A stretch of 64,000 bases of DNA from Candidatus Anaeroferrophillus wilburensis (GTDB lineage Bacteria > Desulfobacterota > Anaeroferrophillalia > Anaeroferrophillales > Anaeroferrophillaceae). The notes beneath the pieces are model-generated. The model had not been told where the DNA came from. It saw only the letters and a program-made list of their open reading frames with translations, and did not search any database. Positions 45,481 to 54,449 of this stretch are shown here, one piece after another (position 1 is the stretch's first letter; every line of letters starts with the position of its first letter). Location of the stretch: assembly GCA_016934315.1 (NCBI GenBank), contig JAFGSY010000021.1, positions 25,470 to 89,469 on the forward strand, read 5' to 3'. The position numbers were made by a program, and so were the translations under genes.

Positions 45481-46131
45481 ATGATGGCTGATTCCCAATG
45501 GCCGGCGGATCCGGAGGATAATCGCCAGTACTGTCGTCTTGACCAGCTCAATTCCGGCTGGTGGCAGGAGGCGGAAATGCTGCTGGCGCGCGGACAGGGG
45601 AATTTTCCCCACCTGACCGTGACCAGGGAAGGCATTGAACTGCCCTGGTGGGGCCAGCCGGTACTGGTTGTTCCCGCGGCAAAGCGGATGGTTCCCCTTG
45701 CCGGCCAGCAGCCCCTTACCTACCAGGAGGGTCTGGTTATCCTCGGTCTCCTGGGTTATGCCGTCCGCCATGATCAGCTGCCGCCGGCGACCGGTCTGGT
45801 GAGTGCCGAGCATCTCACCGGCGGCACGACCTTTTTCCGTGGTCCCCATGTGATGGCCTCGGTTCTTATCAGCCGCCGCTTTGCCCGCGACGGGGCGGCC
45901 TTTCTGACCCTGGGGCAGGCAGTGGGAGGCCAGCCGGCCGCTTACGGGGAGTATGGGCTAGCGTTTTCTTGGTATCCCGGCCTGACGTGGATTGTCGCCC
46001 TTTGGGAGGAAGACGAGGAGTTTGCCGCCCGGGCCATGTATCTCTTTGACCGCAGCATTGAGCAGCTCTTTGCCCTTGACGTCATCTGGGCGCTGGGCAA
46101 CGTGGTGGCCAGGAAAATGGCGGCGCCGTAA
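45481..46131 (+). CDS. hypothetical protein (weak resemblance to DUF3786-type proteins)
   Basis: The ATG at 45481 is preceded by GAAGGTAG. 216 aa. The family assignment comes from memory of motif spacing (HLTGGTTFFRGPH) only. Confidence 0.5.
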   Translation: MMADSQWPADPEDNRQYCRLDQLNSGWWQEAEMLLARGQGNFPHLTVTREGIELPWWGQPVLVVPAAKRMVPLAGQQPLTYQEGLVILGLLGYAVRHDQLPPATGLVSAEHLTGGTTFFRGPHVMASVLISRRFARDGAAFLTLGQAVGGQPAAYGEYGLAFSWYPGLTWIVALWEEDEEFAARAMYLFDRSIEQLFALDVIWALGNVVARKMAAP

Positions 46132-46161
46132 AAACCATTTTTGGGGATTATTGTTCCGACG

Positions 46162-46230
46162 TGGCCGGCTCCAAGGCGTCCGCCGCGAATCACCATCCAG
46201 GTGATTCGTTAGGCGGCCAAAACCGCTTGG
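46162..46230 (+). repeat. intergenic palindromic element, copy 4 (5'-truncated, core only)
   Basis: TGGCCGGCTCCAAGGCGTCCGCCGCGAATCACCATCCAGGTGATTCGTTAGGCGGCCAAAACCGCTTGG. The right two-thirds of the core are nearly identical to copy 3. The left core and the outer stem are missing. Confidence 0.8.
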
Positions 46231-46358
46231 GGACAGGCCTCTACCTCACCACTGAGAATTTTCAGGGGAAAAGCTTGCTGGTTCAGGTCCTGCCCTTCCC
46301 TGCTTGCCTCCAGCGGGAAGAGGTTCCCGACAAACGCAGCAGCTGGAACGCCCGTCAA

Positions 46359-46997
46359 TTAACGGCCGTAGGTTTTGAAGCGTTCGTGGGCCTGACGCAT
46401 CTCTTCTTGGCTGAGGATTTGCGGGGTGCCGATTGCCCGGGCCCGGTAGTACAGTTTTGCCACCTCCTCAACGTGCAGGGCAATGGTGTAGGCGCGGTGG
46501 ATATCCGGGGCGATGGCCAGGAGACCGTGATTGGCCAGCAGGATGGCGTTATCCCGGGCCAGGCCGGCAGCCGCCTGCCGGGCCAGTTCTTCGGTGCCGA
46601 AGGTGGCGTAGGGGGCGACCCGGACGCTGTTGCTGCCGGTAACAGCAATCAGGTAGTGGCAGGCTGGAATTTCCTCCCGCAGGACGGCAAACGTGGTGGC
46701 GTAGGGGGAGTGGGTGTGGACAATGGCGCTGATGTCGGGGCGGGCCCGGTAGATCGCCAGGTGCATGGGCCATTCGCTGGATGGCGCTTTTCCCTGCCGG
46801 AGGCTGCCGTCAGGGTTGATGACGCTGATTTCCCCGAGGGTCAGCTGCTCATAGGGCAGCCCGCTGGGGGTGATGGCCGTCAGTCCGTGCTTCCGGTCAA
46901 AAATGCTCAGGTTGCCGCCGGTGCCGGTGGTCAGCCGGTCGGCTGCCAGCCGTCGGCCGTACTCGCAGAGCAGCTGAAGAGACTGTTTCTGGATCAT
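46359..46997 (-). CDS. class II aldolase/adducin-family protein (L-fuculose-phosphate aldolase-like)
   Basis: 212 aa. TGTGGNLS, AIVHTHSPYAT and LLANHGLLA motifs. Confidence 0.85.
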   Translation of the reverse strand: MIQKQSLQLLCEYGRRLAADRLTTGTGGNLSIFDRKHGLTAITPSGLPYEQLTLGEISVINPDGSLRQGKAPSSEWPMHLAIYRARPDISAIVHTHSPYATTFAVLREEIPACHYLIAVTGSNSVRVAPYATFGTEELARQAAAGLARDNAILLANHGLLAIAPDIHRAYTIALHVEEVAKLYYRARAIGTPQILSQEEMRQAHERFKTYGR

Positions 46998-47395
46998 TGC
47001 TGCATCGCCGGAGCCATAGCCTTCATGGATTCAGGCATGGGAATGCTTTTCCGCCGTTGCAGGTCGAACATGACAAAGGTCACCCGGGCATCGCAGACTC
47101 GTTCGCCGGTTTTTTTGTTGGTGATGGTCTGGGTGATGACACCCACCTTATCATTCCTGATTTCGCTCACCTTGGCATCCACCAGCAGCACATCGTTCAT
47201 CCGGCTTTCCTTGCGGTAGTTGATATCCAGGTGGACCACTGCCGGGCCGATTCCCTCCGCGGCCAGGGCCAGCAGGTCGATGCCATGGTCTTCGGCCATC
47301 CGGACGCGGCTCCATTCCAGAAACTCGATGTAGGTGGCGTTGTTGACGTGGCCGAACATGTCGATGTGGGTTGAGCGAACGGTGATTTCAATCAT
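46994..47395 (-). CDS. acyl-CoA thioesterase (YbgC/4HBT hotdog fold)
   Basis: 133 aa. VRSTHIDMFGHVNNATYIEFLE is typical of 4HBT thioesterases. Confidence 0.85.
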   Translation of the reverse strand: MIEITVRSTHIDMFGHVNNATYIEFLEWSRVRMAEDHGIDLLALAAEGIGPAVVHLDINYRKESRMNDVLLVDAKVSEIRNDKVGVITQTITNKKTGERVCDARVTFVMFDLQRRKSIPMPESMKAMAPAMQQ

Positions 47396-47456
47396 GGGTA
47401 TTCCTTATTGATGATGCCGAATGTACCACGGTCAGGGTTCACGGAGCAGCAACCGT

Positions 47457-48302
47457 TCACTTCCGGGTCGCAAATCGATCGATTTCCGCCAGCAGGATTG
47501 CCTGCAGCCGGCTGACCTCGGCAGCGGTTCCCTGCCAGAGATCAAAGCCGAACTTTAACAGCCGGGAGAGCTCCAGCGGAATGGCCAGCCGATGGACCGG
47601 CTCCGACGTGGCGTGGGGTGTCGGGGTGCTGTTTTCAGGTCGGTACTGCTGCAGCAGCCGTTGCCTCAGGCAGCGGTATGCTTGGTGATCCGCTGCCAGA
47701 TCAGCAATTGACCGGCGCTTGAGATACTCATTGATCAGCCAGCCATCGAGCCGGTAGTCAAGGTGCTGCCAGAAAAATCCGTAGCAGGCGGCAAAATTTT
47801 CTCGGGTTCCCAGTTTGCCCTTTTGTTGGTCGAAGATTTTTGCCAGTACCATGGTTCCCCAGGGCAGAATCTTCATCAGGGGGTTATGGCGGCGACTGGA
47901 ATAGTGAAATGAATCAAGGTTGTCGGCCAAGGTCAGGTAGAAGCGCTGCTGGACAGGATTCAGCCGGGAAAAGGTAACGGCTTCAAGACACAAGGTGCCG
48001 GCACACTTGCTCTGGTAGCCGGTCAAACTGCGCAGATCAGTACCACCGTTTTGGTATGGATGCAGGAGACAGCCGACCTGGTGCTCGCCGTCGTCAAGAA
48101 AACCCAACCCCCAGCAGGAATCTCCGTAAATTTCACCTGCCTGGTTCAGATTTTTATTCAAATCAAGGCGGTTGCGGCGAAAGAGTTCCTTTTTCCTGTC
48201 CAGCTGATTGAGGGCGTCGGCTTCCGGATCCCTGATGGGCGGGCAACAGGCAAAACAACTTTTGCCGCCGTCAGGGAAACAGAGAGATGAAGACCGGAAC
48301 AT
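47457..48302 (-). CDS. Cys-rich hypothetical protein (CFACCPPIRD motif)
   Basis: 281-aa ORF with an N-terminal Cys cluster SLCFPDGGKSCFACCPPIRD. No confident family assignment. Confidence 0.6.
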   Translation of the reverse strand: MFRSSSLCFPDGGKSCFACCPPIRDPEADALNQLDRKKELFRRNRLDLNKNLNQAGEIYGDSCWGLGFLDDGEHQVGCLLHPYQNGGTDLRSLTGYQSKCAGTLCLEAVTFSRLNPVQQRFYLTLADNLDSFHYSSRRHNPLMKILPWGTMVLAKIFDQQKGKLGTRENFAACYGFFWQHLDYRLDGWLINEYLKRRSIADLAADHQAYRCLRQRLLQQYRPENSTPTPHATSEPVHRLAIPLELSRLLKFGFDLWQGTAAEVSRLQAILLAEIDRFATRK

Positions 48303-48342
48303 GGGGAAATGCCGCTGCTTGCCGACAGCCGCTCAGCGGCCC

Positions 48343-48990
48343 TTATGAGCCGCTGTAGAGAACAGCCATGATCATTGCCGGCTGGTCGGTATTGCTGGTT
48401 ACCAGATGAGGTGCGGTTGATTTGAGATAAAAAGCATCTCCCATGGAAAGAATTTCTTCATGTTCTTCAATGGTTATCTTCACTTCGCCGTCCAGGACAT
48501 AAATGAATTCCTCTCCTTCGTGAACCGCCGGCGCCAAGGTCTTGTTTTTCACCGGGTTCAGCTTGACGATGAAAGGATCCATGTGCCGGTCTTCCAGGTC
48601 AGTGCCAACGGGGATGTAGCTGTGGTCGCTGACTTTTCCCAGGGGCAGGGGGGCGCTCTTCTGATCTTTTGCCCGCAGAACGCTGTAGGTCTTGTTGCCG
48701 GCCTTCTCACTGATAATGGAGCTCATCAGGGTATTCAAGGCCCGGGAAAGTTTCATCATGGTTCCCAGCGGCGGAGTAATGGCTTCCTTTTCAATGTTTT
48801 CCAGCATCTCGACCTTGAAGCCGGTTTTCTCGGCCAGGTCCTCCAGCGTCAGACGCTGTTTTTCCCGCAGGTGGCGGATTTTTTCACCAACATGGATGGG
48901 GGCTTTCTGCTCTTTGCTCTGGTCGAAATGATCGGACAGATCAGATAAATATTTTTCGTAATAATCGTTGCGTTTGTCTGTGGGGATCAT
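48343..48990 (-). CDS. XRE-family HTH transcriptional regulator with a C-terminal cupin domain
   Basis: HTH: GEKIRHLREKQRLTLEDLAEKTGFKVEMLENIEKE. Cupin: GEEFIYVLDGEVKITIEEHEEILSMGDAFYL. Confidence 0.85.
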   Translation of the reverse strand: MIPTDKRNDYYEKYLSDLSDHFDQSKEQKAPIHVGEKIRHLREKQRLTLEDLAEKTGFKVEMLENIEKEAITPPLGTMMKLSRALNTLMSSIISEKAGNKTYSVLRAKDQKSAPLPLGKVSDHSYIPVGTDLEDRHMDPFIVKLNPVKNKTLAPAVHEGEEFIYVLDGEVKITIEEHEEILSMGDAFYLKSTAPHLVTSNTDQPAMIMAVLYSGS

Positions 48991-49224
48991 TGTTCATTCT
49001 CCTTACTGCCGTAATGACGCCATGAGATTATGTTTCCGGTGAATGCCTCCAGCCTTGTGCCGGCCGGCATGGAACTGACCGGAGCAAGAGGTGCGCCCGA
49101 CGCAAAGTGCGCAGTTGGCAAATTCAGTTGCCGGATTTCAGTGATTATAGATGGTTGTTCTTTATCTTGGCAAGTTATTTTTTGGTTATGTGTATTTTTT
49201 TACATGGTTGCCGGGTGAAAAAAC

Positions 49225-49254
49225 TTGACAATGCAGAGATAATTAGCTAGCTAA
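49225..49254 (+). promoter_or_regulatory. sigma-70-like promoter overlapped by a 12-bp perfect palindrome (candidate MarR operator)
   Basis: TTGACA (49225-49230), a 17-nt spacer, then TAGCTA. The palindrome TTAGCTAGCTAA (49243-49254) covers the -10 box, 30 nt upstream of the marR-like ATG. Confidence 0.35.
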
Positions 49255-49283
49255 GCAATAACCTTTTCCGGAGACCGCTGTCG

Positions 49284-49709
49284 ATGAAACTTCATGACTG
49301 TACCTATTTTCTTGCCAACCGCCTGACCAGAAGCCTGAAGAGGGCTTTTGACCTCCGGCTGGAGGTGCATGGGCTCACTGCTGCCACCTGGTGTGCCATG
49401 ATGGCCCTGGCGGAAAAGGGTCCCCTGACCCAGAAGGAGTTATCCGAAATTTTGGCGCTGGAGAACCCGACGGTAACCAGGACCGTTGACCGCCTGGTGG
49501 AGAAAGGTTTCATTGAGCGGCGCCTGGTTCCCCATGACCGGCGTTATTCGGTTGTCTCAATGACGGGCAAGGGTGCGGCTATCCTCGGCCAGATAGAAGA
49601 GGTGGGCAGTTGTTTCATGGGCTGGGTGACCCGTGATCTGGATGATGAAGAGGTCAGGGTTTTGAAACAGCTGCTGATACGCATTCATGACCATGTGGTT
49701 GCCGGCTGA
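49284..49709 (+). CDS. MarR-family transcriptional regulator
   Basis: 141 aa. The winged-HTH segment is GPLTQKELSEILALENPTVTRTVDRLVEKGFIERRLVPHDRR. Confidence 0.85.
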   Translation: MKLHDCTYFLANRLTRSLKRAFDLRLEVHGLTAATWCAMMALAEKGPLTQKELSEILALENPTVTRTVDRLVEKGFIERRLVPHDRRYSVVSMTGKGAAILGQIEEVGSCFMGWVTRDLDDEEVRVLKQLLIRIHDHVVAG

Positions 49710-49720
49710 TTGTTTCTGCC

Positions 49721-50398
49721 ATGGATAGCGCCGAACGTTTATACTGCTATCGTGACCTCTGCCGGCGGGTTAACCGGTTTTTTGCCGACCATGTGGCTGA
49801 TTATTGCCGCCACTGTCAGCAGGTCATGGACCGGGTGCCGGGCGGCGGTATGGCCTATGAACTGCGCTCGGGGGTGTTCCCCGGCTGCTGTCATCGAGGG
49901 GCCGGCGATATTTTCCGGCTGGAGGGGGTGACCGATCCCTCCCGGCTTGCCGATGGGCTGGTCGATCTTCTCCAGGTGGAGCGGCAGAAGGTTGTCGCTG
50001 CCCGGCGAACGAGTGCTGCGACCTATGAGCTGATCAGCCGGGAAACCGGCGCGCGGCTTCATGGTGAACACTGCCGCTATTTTGGCGCCGAAGGGTGTCT
50101 GCTGGGAGATCTGAAGGGGCCTTTGTGCATTAATTTTATCTGCCCACCTATCCGCGCCGACTTGCTGCAGGTGGTGGACGGTGACGAGTCGGTCATCGGG
50201 CCGGAATACGATTTTTTATGGATATACCAAACCCTGGCGGCAATCAGCGCCGGGGGAAGGCCTGAGATCGAGGATCAACTGCTCGTCTTAGATCAACACT
50301 TGGAACGATTGACGCAAGCCTGTCGGCACTATCTGGAAGCGGCGGCTGAATATTCTCTTTTTGCCTGTTTCTGCTGTGGTGCTGCCGACCGGGGCTGA
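49721..50398 (+). CDS. Cys-rich hypothetical protein (CINFICPPIRAD motif)
   Basis: 225-aa ORF with several Cys pairs (CYRDLC, CRHC, GCCH, CFCC). It shares the C-x3-CPPIR motif with the 47457..48302 protein. Confidence 0.55.
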   Translation: MDSAERLYCYRDLCRRVNRFFADHVADYCRHCQQVMDRVPGGGMAYELRSGVFPGCCHRGAGDIFRLEGVTDPSRLADGLVDLLQVERQKVVAARRTSAATYELISRETGARLHGEHCRYFGAEGCLLGDLKGPLCINFICPPIRADLLQVVDGDESVIGPEYDFLWIYQTLAAISAGGRPEIEDQLLVLDQHLERLTQACRHYLEAAAEYSLFACFCCGAADRG

Positions 50399-50468
50399 TG
50401 GTCAGCGAATGGCATGTCCTGCACGGTGGTTGGCGGTTTGCTGAAAAAGATTGGGGGAGAGGTTATCG

Positions 50469-51029
50469 ATGTCAGATAGATGTGACCATGACCAGGAAAT
50501 TGATCTGGAGGAACAGCAGATCCTGGCTGCCATTGAAGCGGCTCTGCCGGCGATGCCTACCGATAGACACCAGCTGATTCCGCTGTTGCAGCATATTCAG
50601 GGCACCCATGGCTACCTGCCGCTGGGCGGCATTGCCCTGGTGGCTCGACATCTCAAGATGGCGGCTTCAAAGGTGTACGGGGTTGCCACCTTTTATAACC
50701 AGTTTCGTTTCAACCCGCCGGGCCGTCACCCTCTCAAGGTATGCCTGGGTACTGCCTGCCATGTGAAGGGCGGGGAGATTATCCTGGAAAATTTCAGCCG
50801 CCGGCTTGGCATTGCCGAAGGGGAGACCACCAAGGACCGGGAATACAGTTTGGAGCGGGTTGCTTGTGTCGGCTGCTGTGCCCTGGCGCCGGTGGTGATG
50901 GTGGGGGAAAAAACCGAGTCGTACGTGACCCCCAGTAAGGTTGAGGGGATTATTACCGAGATTGAAATCCAGAACGAAATAGCTGAGCGAGCGAAGGAAA
51001 AGCATGAACCAGAATCCGACACCCAGTGA
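50469..51029 (+). CDS. NuoE/HoxE-like [2Fe-2S] thioredoxin-fold subunit
   Basis: The ATG is preceded by GGAGAGG. Cluster ligands are CLGTACHVKG and CVGCCALAP. Confidence 0.85.
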   Translation: MSDRCDHDQEIDLEEQQILAAIEAALPAMPTDRHQLIPLLQHIQGTHGYLPLGGIALVARHLKMAASKVYGVATFYNQFRFNPPGRHPLKVCLGTACHVKGGEIILENFSRRLGIAEGETTKDREYSLERVACVGCCALAPVVMVGEKTESYVTPSKVEGIITEIEIQNEIAERAKEKHEPESDTQ

Positions 51030-52947
51030 ACAGTTAGATCGTCTGCGGCAACCGGCCAAGGAGAGCTGGCACGCCCTGCAGGATTCTGATGTTCCGGTCA
51101 TTTATGTGGGTCATGCCACCTGCGGCCGGGCAGCCGGATCCCAGGAGACCATCGAAGGGTTTGAACAGGCGTTGGCGGACAAGGGAATTGCCGCCGAAAT
51201 CAGGACGGTTGGCTGCCTGGGTCATTGTTATGCCGAACCCCTGGTGATTATCCATTATCCAGGATTTCCGCCGCTCATGTACCAGAAGATTGGCGCCGGC
51301 GAGGCGCGGGTGCTGGTAAACTCATTTCTCCAGGCCGGCGAAGATCCCTGCTTTGAATATCTGCTGGGGGCTCTGGAACCCAATGAGATGTTTCCGACCC
51401 TGATGGACTACCCCCGTTATCTGTATGAAAAACGGGTGATTATGGCTCACTGCGGTCGTATCGATCCGGAAAACATCGATCATTATCTGGCGCTGGACGG
51501 CTATCAGGCCCTGGCCAAGGCGCTGGAGCAGGGCGGCCAATGGGTTGTGGATGAGGTCAAGGCGGCGCACCTGCGGGGCCGGGGCGGTGCCGGGTTCCCG
51601 GCCGGCATCAAGTGGGAGATTGCCCGCCATGCGGAAAAGCAGCCCAAGGTGGTGATCTGCAACGGTGACGAGGGTGATCCGGGAGCCTACATGGACCGGA
51701 CGCTGATGGAAAGCAACCCCCACCAGGTGCTGGAGGGGCTGGCCATTGCCGCGCTGGCCGTGGGGGCTGAGCGGGCCATTCTCTACATTCGGGCGGAGTA
51801 TCCGCTGGCGGTGCGGACAATCCAGCAGGCGATTTATGCGGCCCGGGAAAAGAAACTTCTTGGCGACCATATCCTCGGCACGGATTTCAGCCTTGATATC
51901 TCAATTTTTCAAGGATCTGGTGCCTTTGTCTGCGGTGAGGAAACCGCCCTGATTCAGTCTGTCGAGGGCCATCGGGGGATGCCTCAGTACCGGCCTCCCT
52001 ATCCGGCGGTCGAGGGGCTGGATGGTCTGCCGACGGTAATCAACAATGTCAAAACCCTGGCCACTGTCCCGGCCATCATCAGCAAAGGCAGTGACTGGTT
52101 TAAAACCATCGGTACGGAAAAAACTCCCGGTACAGCGATCTTTTCGGTGGTTGGTGAAGTGGAGTATCCCGGACTGGTGGAAGTTCCCATGGGTGTCAGT
52201 CTGGAGCACCTGATCTATGAAGTATGTGGTGGCATCAAGGATGGCAAGCCGTTCAAGGCAGTCCAGATCGGCGGTCCTTCCGGCGGCTGTCTGCCGGAAA
52301 GCGAGTTGGGAACCGCCATTGATTTTGATTCCCTGAAACAGGCCGGTGCCATGATGGGTTCCGGCGGTATGGTGGTCATGAATGCCGATGCCTGCATGGT
52401 GGAGGTGGCCCGCTACTTTGTTGATTTCACTCAAAAGGAATCCTGCGGCAAATGTACCTTCTGCCGCATCGGCACCCGCCATTTGCTGGCCATTCTGGAG
52501 GATTTCACCAAAGGTGTTGGTAGTGATGATGACCTGCAGGAGCTGAAATCCCTCAGCGAGGGGATCATCAAGGGATCATTGTGCAGCCTGGGGAAAACAG
52601 CGCCCAATCCGGTGTTGACCACCCTCAAATTTTTCCCTGATGAGTATCTGGCCCACATCCATGAACAGCGTTGTCCGGCAATGATGTGCCGGGCGCTGAC
52701 GGCCTTCTACATTGATCTTGAAGCCTGTGCCCGGGGGTGTGACGCCTGCGTGGCCTGCTGCCCGACGGAAGCGATTTTTACCACCAGCAACCGCAAGAAG
52801 GCGATCGACCAGGAAAAATGTGTCAAGTGCGGCGAATGTGTCTATGCCTGTCCGCCGGAGTATGATGCGGTGCGCCGGGTATCGCCGCCCGGGATGATTC
52901 CGGACCAGGGAATCAAACCGCTGGTTGAGACCAAAGAGGAGCAATAA
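51004..52947 (+). CDS. NuoF-like NAD(P)H-binding FMN/Fe-S subunit with an N-terminal 2Fe-2S domain and a C-terminal 2x[4Fe-4S] domain
   Basis: 647 aa. GRGGAGFPAGIKW (FMN/NADH site), ESCGKCTFCRIG, and the C-terminal CDACVACCP and CVKCGECVYACP. Confidence 0.9.
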   Translation: MNQNPTPSEQLDRLRQPAKESWHALQDSDVPVIYVGHATCGRAAGSQETIEGFEQALADKGIAAEIRTVGCLGHCYAEPLVIIHYPGFPPLMYQKIGAGEARVLVNSFLQAGEDPCFEYLLGALEPNEMFPTLMDYPRYLYEKRVIMAHCGRIDPENIDHYLALDGYQALAKALEQGGQWVVDEVKAAHLRGRGGAGFPAGIKWEIARHAEKQPKVVICNGDEGDPGAYMDRTLMESNPHQVLEGLAIAALAVGAERAILYIRAEYPLAVRTIQQAIYAAREKKLLGDHILGTDFSLDISIFQGSGAFVCGEETALIQSVEGHRGMPQYRPPYPAVEGLDGLPTVINNVKTLATVPAIISKGSDWFKTIGTEKTPGTAIFSVVGEVEYPGLVEVPMGVSLEHLIYEVCGGIKDGKPFKAVQIGGPSGGCLPESELGTAIDFDSLKQAGAMMGSGGMVVMNADACMVEVARYFVDFTQKESCGKCTFCRIGTRHLLAILEDFTKGVGSDDDLQELKSLSEGIIKGSLCSLGKTAPNPVLTTLKFFPDEYLAHIHEQRCPAMMCRALTAFYIDLEACARGCDACVACCPTEAIFTTSNRKKAIDQEKCVKCGECVYACPPEYDAVRRVSPPGMIPDQGIKPLVETKEEQ

Positions 52948-53648
52948 TGAACGAGATGGTGACCATAACCGTTGATGGCCTGGAAATTACCGTTCCCCGG
53001 CGAACCAGACTGCTGCAGGCCTGCCTTGACAACGGCATTTATATCCCCAATCTTTGCTATTTGGAGGGTATGGACCAGCCGCCGGCATCGTGTCGCCTGT
53101 GCCTGGTGGAAATCGAAGGCCGTCCGGGGCCGGTACCATCCTGCAGCCTGGAGGTGGAAGCAGGGATGGTGGTGCATACCAATACGGACGAGGTGCAGAA
53201 ACTCCAGAAGATGGCTTTCCGCCTGCTGGTCTGCACCAACGAGGGGCAGTGCCGGATGTGCATGGCCAATAAGCGGTGTGAACTGCAGCGGATTGCCAAG
53301 TTTCTCCACATGCCCCTGCGAACCAAGAGGCTGCGCCATCTGCCCAAGGACCTGCCGGAGGTTATCGAGGATCATCCCTGCATCGTCTACGAACCCAACA
53401 AGTGTGTCCTCTGCGGTCGCTGCGTCTATGTCTGCGCACAGCAGGGCAATGATTTTTCCCTCAGCTTTGCCAACCGGGGTTTCAACACGGTGATCTCATT
53501 TTTCGGCAGCCAGAACGAAGGGCAGGGCGATGCCTGTCTCGACTGTCAGGCTTGTGTCGATATCTGTCCCGTTGGTGCTCTCAACCTTAAGGACGATCGC
53601 CGCCGACATCTGCGCAAAATGGCGGCCAAAGCCAAAGCCCGTGGTTGA
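52947..53648 (+). CDS. NuoG N-terminal-like Fe-S protein (2Fe-2S plus 4Fe-4S domains only, no catalytic domain)
   Basis: 233 aa. TVDGLEITVPRRTRLLQACLDNGIYIPNLCY...CRLCLVEI, then CVLCGRCVYVC and CLDCQACVDICP. Confidence 0.8.
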   Translation: MNEMVTITVDGLEITVPRRTRLLQACLDNGIYIPNLCYLEGMDQPPASCRLCLVEIEGRPGPVPSCSLEVEAGMVVHTNTDEVQKLQKMAFRLLVCTNEGQCRMCMANKRCELQRIAKFLHMPLRTKRLRHLPKDLPEVIEDHPCIVYEPNKCVLCGRCVYVCAQQGNDFSLSFANRGFNTVISFFGSQNEGQGDACLDCQACVDICPVGALNLKDDRRRHLRKMAAKAKARG

Positions 53649-54367
53649 ACGTGGTTGAGAAAGTCCGTCTGACGGTAGTTTACAACAATGTGGCGGGTGA
53701 TCCCCACCTGACCACCGACTGGGGTTTCGCCTGTCTGGTTGCCGGTGAGGGCCTGACAATCCTTTTTGATACCGGGGCCAATGGCCGCGTGCTGCTTCAT
53801 AACCTGCAAAAACTCGGCATCGATCCACAGACGATTGATGCCGTTTTTTTATCCCATGACCACTGGGATCACACCGGTGGTCTGGCAGCCTTGCTGGCCG
53901 TCAAGCCGCAGCTGCCGGTTGTTCTGCCGGCGAGCTTTTCTCCCCTGTTTCAGCGGGACCTGATAGATCGTGAGGTGCCGGTGCGCCTGGTGCATGACTG
54001 TGAGGAACTTTTTCCAGGGGTATTCAGTACCGGTCCCCTGGGGGAGGAGATCCCTGAGCAGGGGCTGATGATTGCCCATCGGCGAGGGCCGGTGCTGATC
54101 ACCGGCTGTGCCCACCCGGGAATTGCCATGATGGTCGACAAGGCGGCGGCGATCTTTTCGCAGCCGCCGCTGCTGGTTATGGGTGGATTTCACCTGTTGT
54201 CAGCCGGTCCGGCTGACATTGAGCGTGCATCTTCTTCTCTCCAGCGTCAGAAGGTTGAACTGCTGGCTCCCAGCCACTGTACTGGCAGCCACGCGCTGGC
54301 GGCCTTTCGTTGTGCCTGGGGCGACAACCTGTTGGCCGGCGGCTGCGGCGTGGTGCTGGAGGTCTGA
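53645..54367 (+). CDS. MBL-fold metallo-hydrolase (COG1237-like)
   Basis: 240 aa. FLSHDHWDHTGG metal motif and a TDWGFACLV start typical of this subgroup. The start codon is non-ATG per the ORF track. Confidence 0.8.
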   Translation: MNVVEKVRLTVVYNNVAGDPHLTTDWGFACLVAGEGLTILFDTGANGRVLLHNLQKLGIDPQTIDAVFLSHDHWDHTGGLAALLAVKPQLPVVLPASFSPLFQRDLIDREVPVRLVHDCEELFPGVFSTGPLGEEIPEQGLMIAHRRGPVLITGCAHPGIAMMVDKAAAIFSQPPLLVMGGFHLLSAGPADIERASSSLQRQKVELLAPSHCTGSHALAAFRCAWGDNLLAGGCGVVLEV

Positions 54368-54449
54368 CTCCAGGCGTCCAGCACCTCTTTGAGCCTGGTC
54401 ATAGACACCTTCCCAACACTCTTCGATACCTCTTCCTTCTTTATCACCT

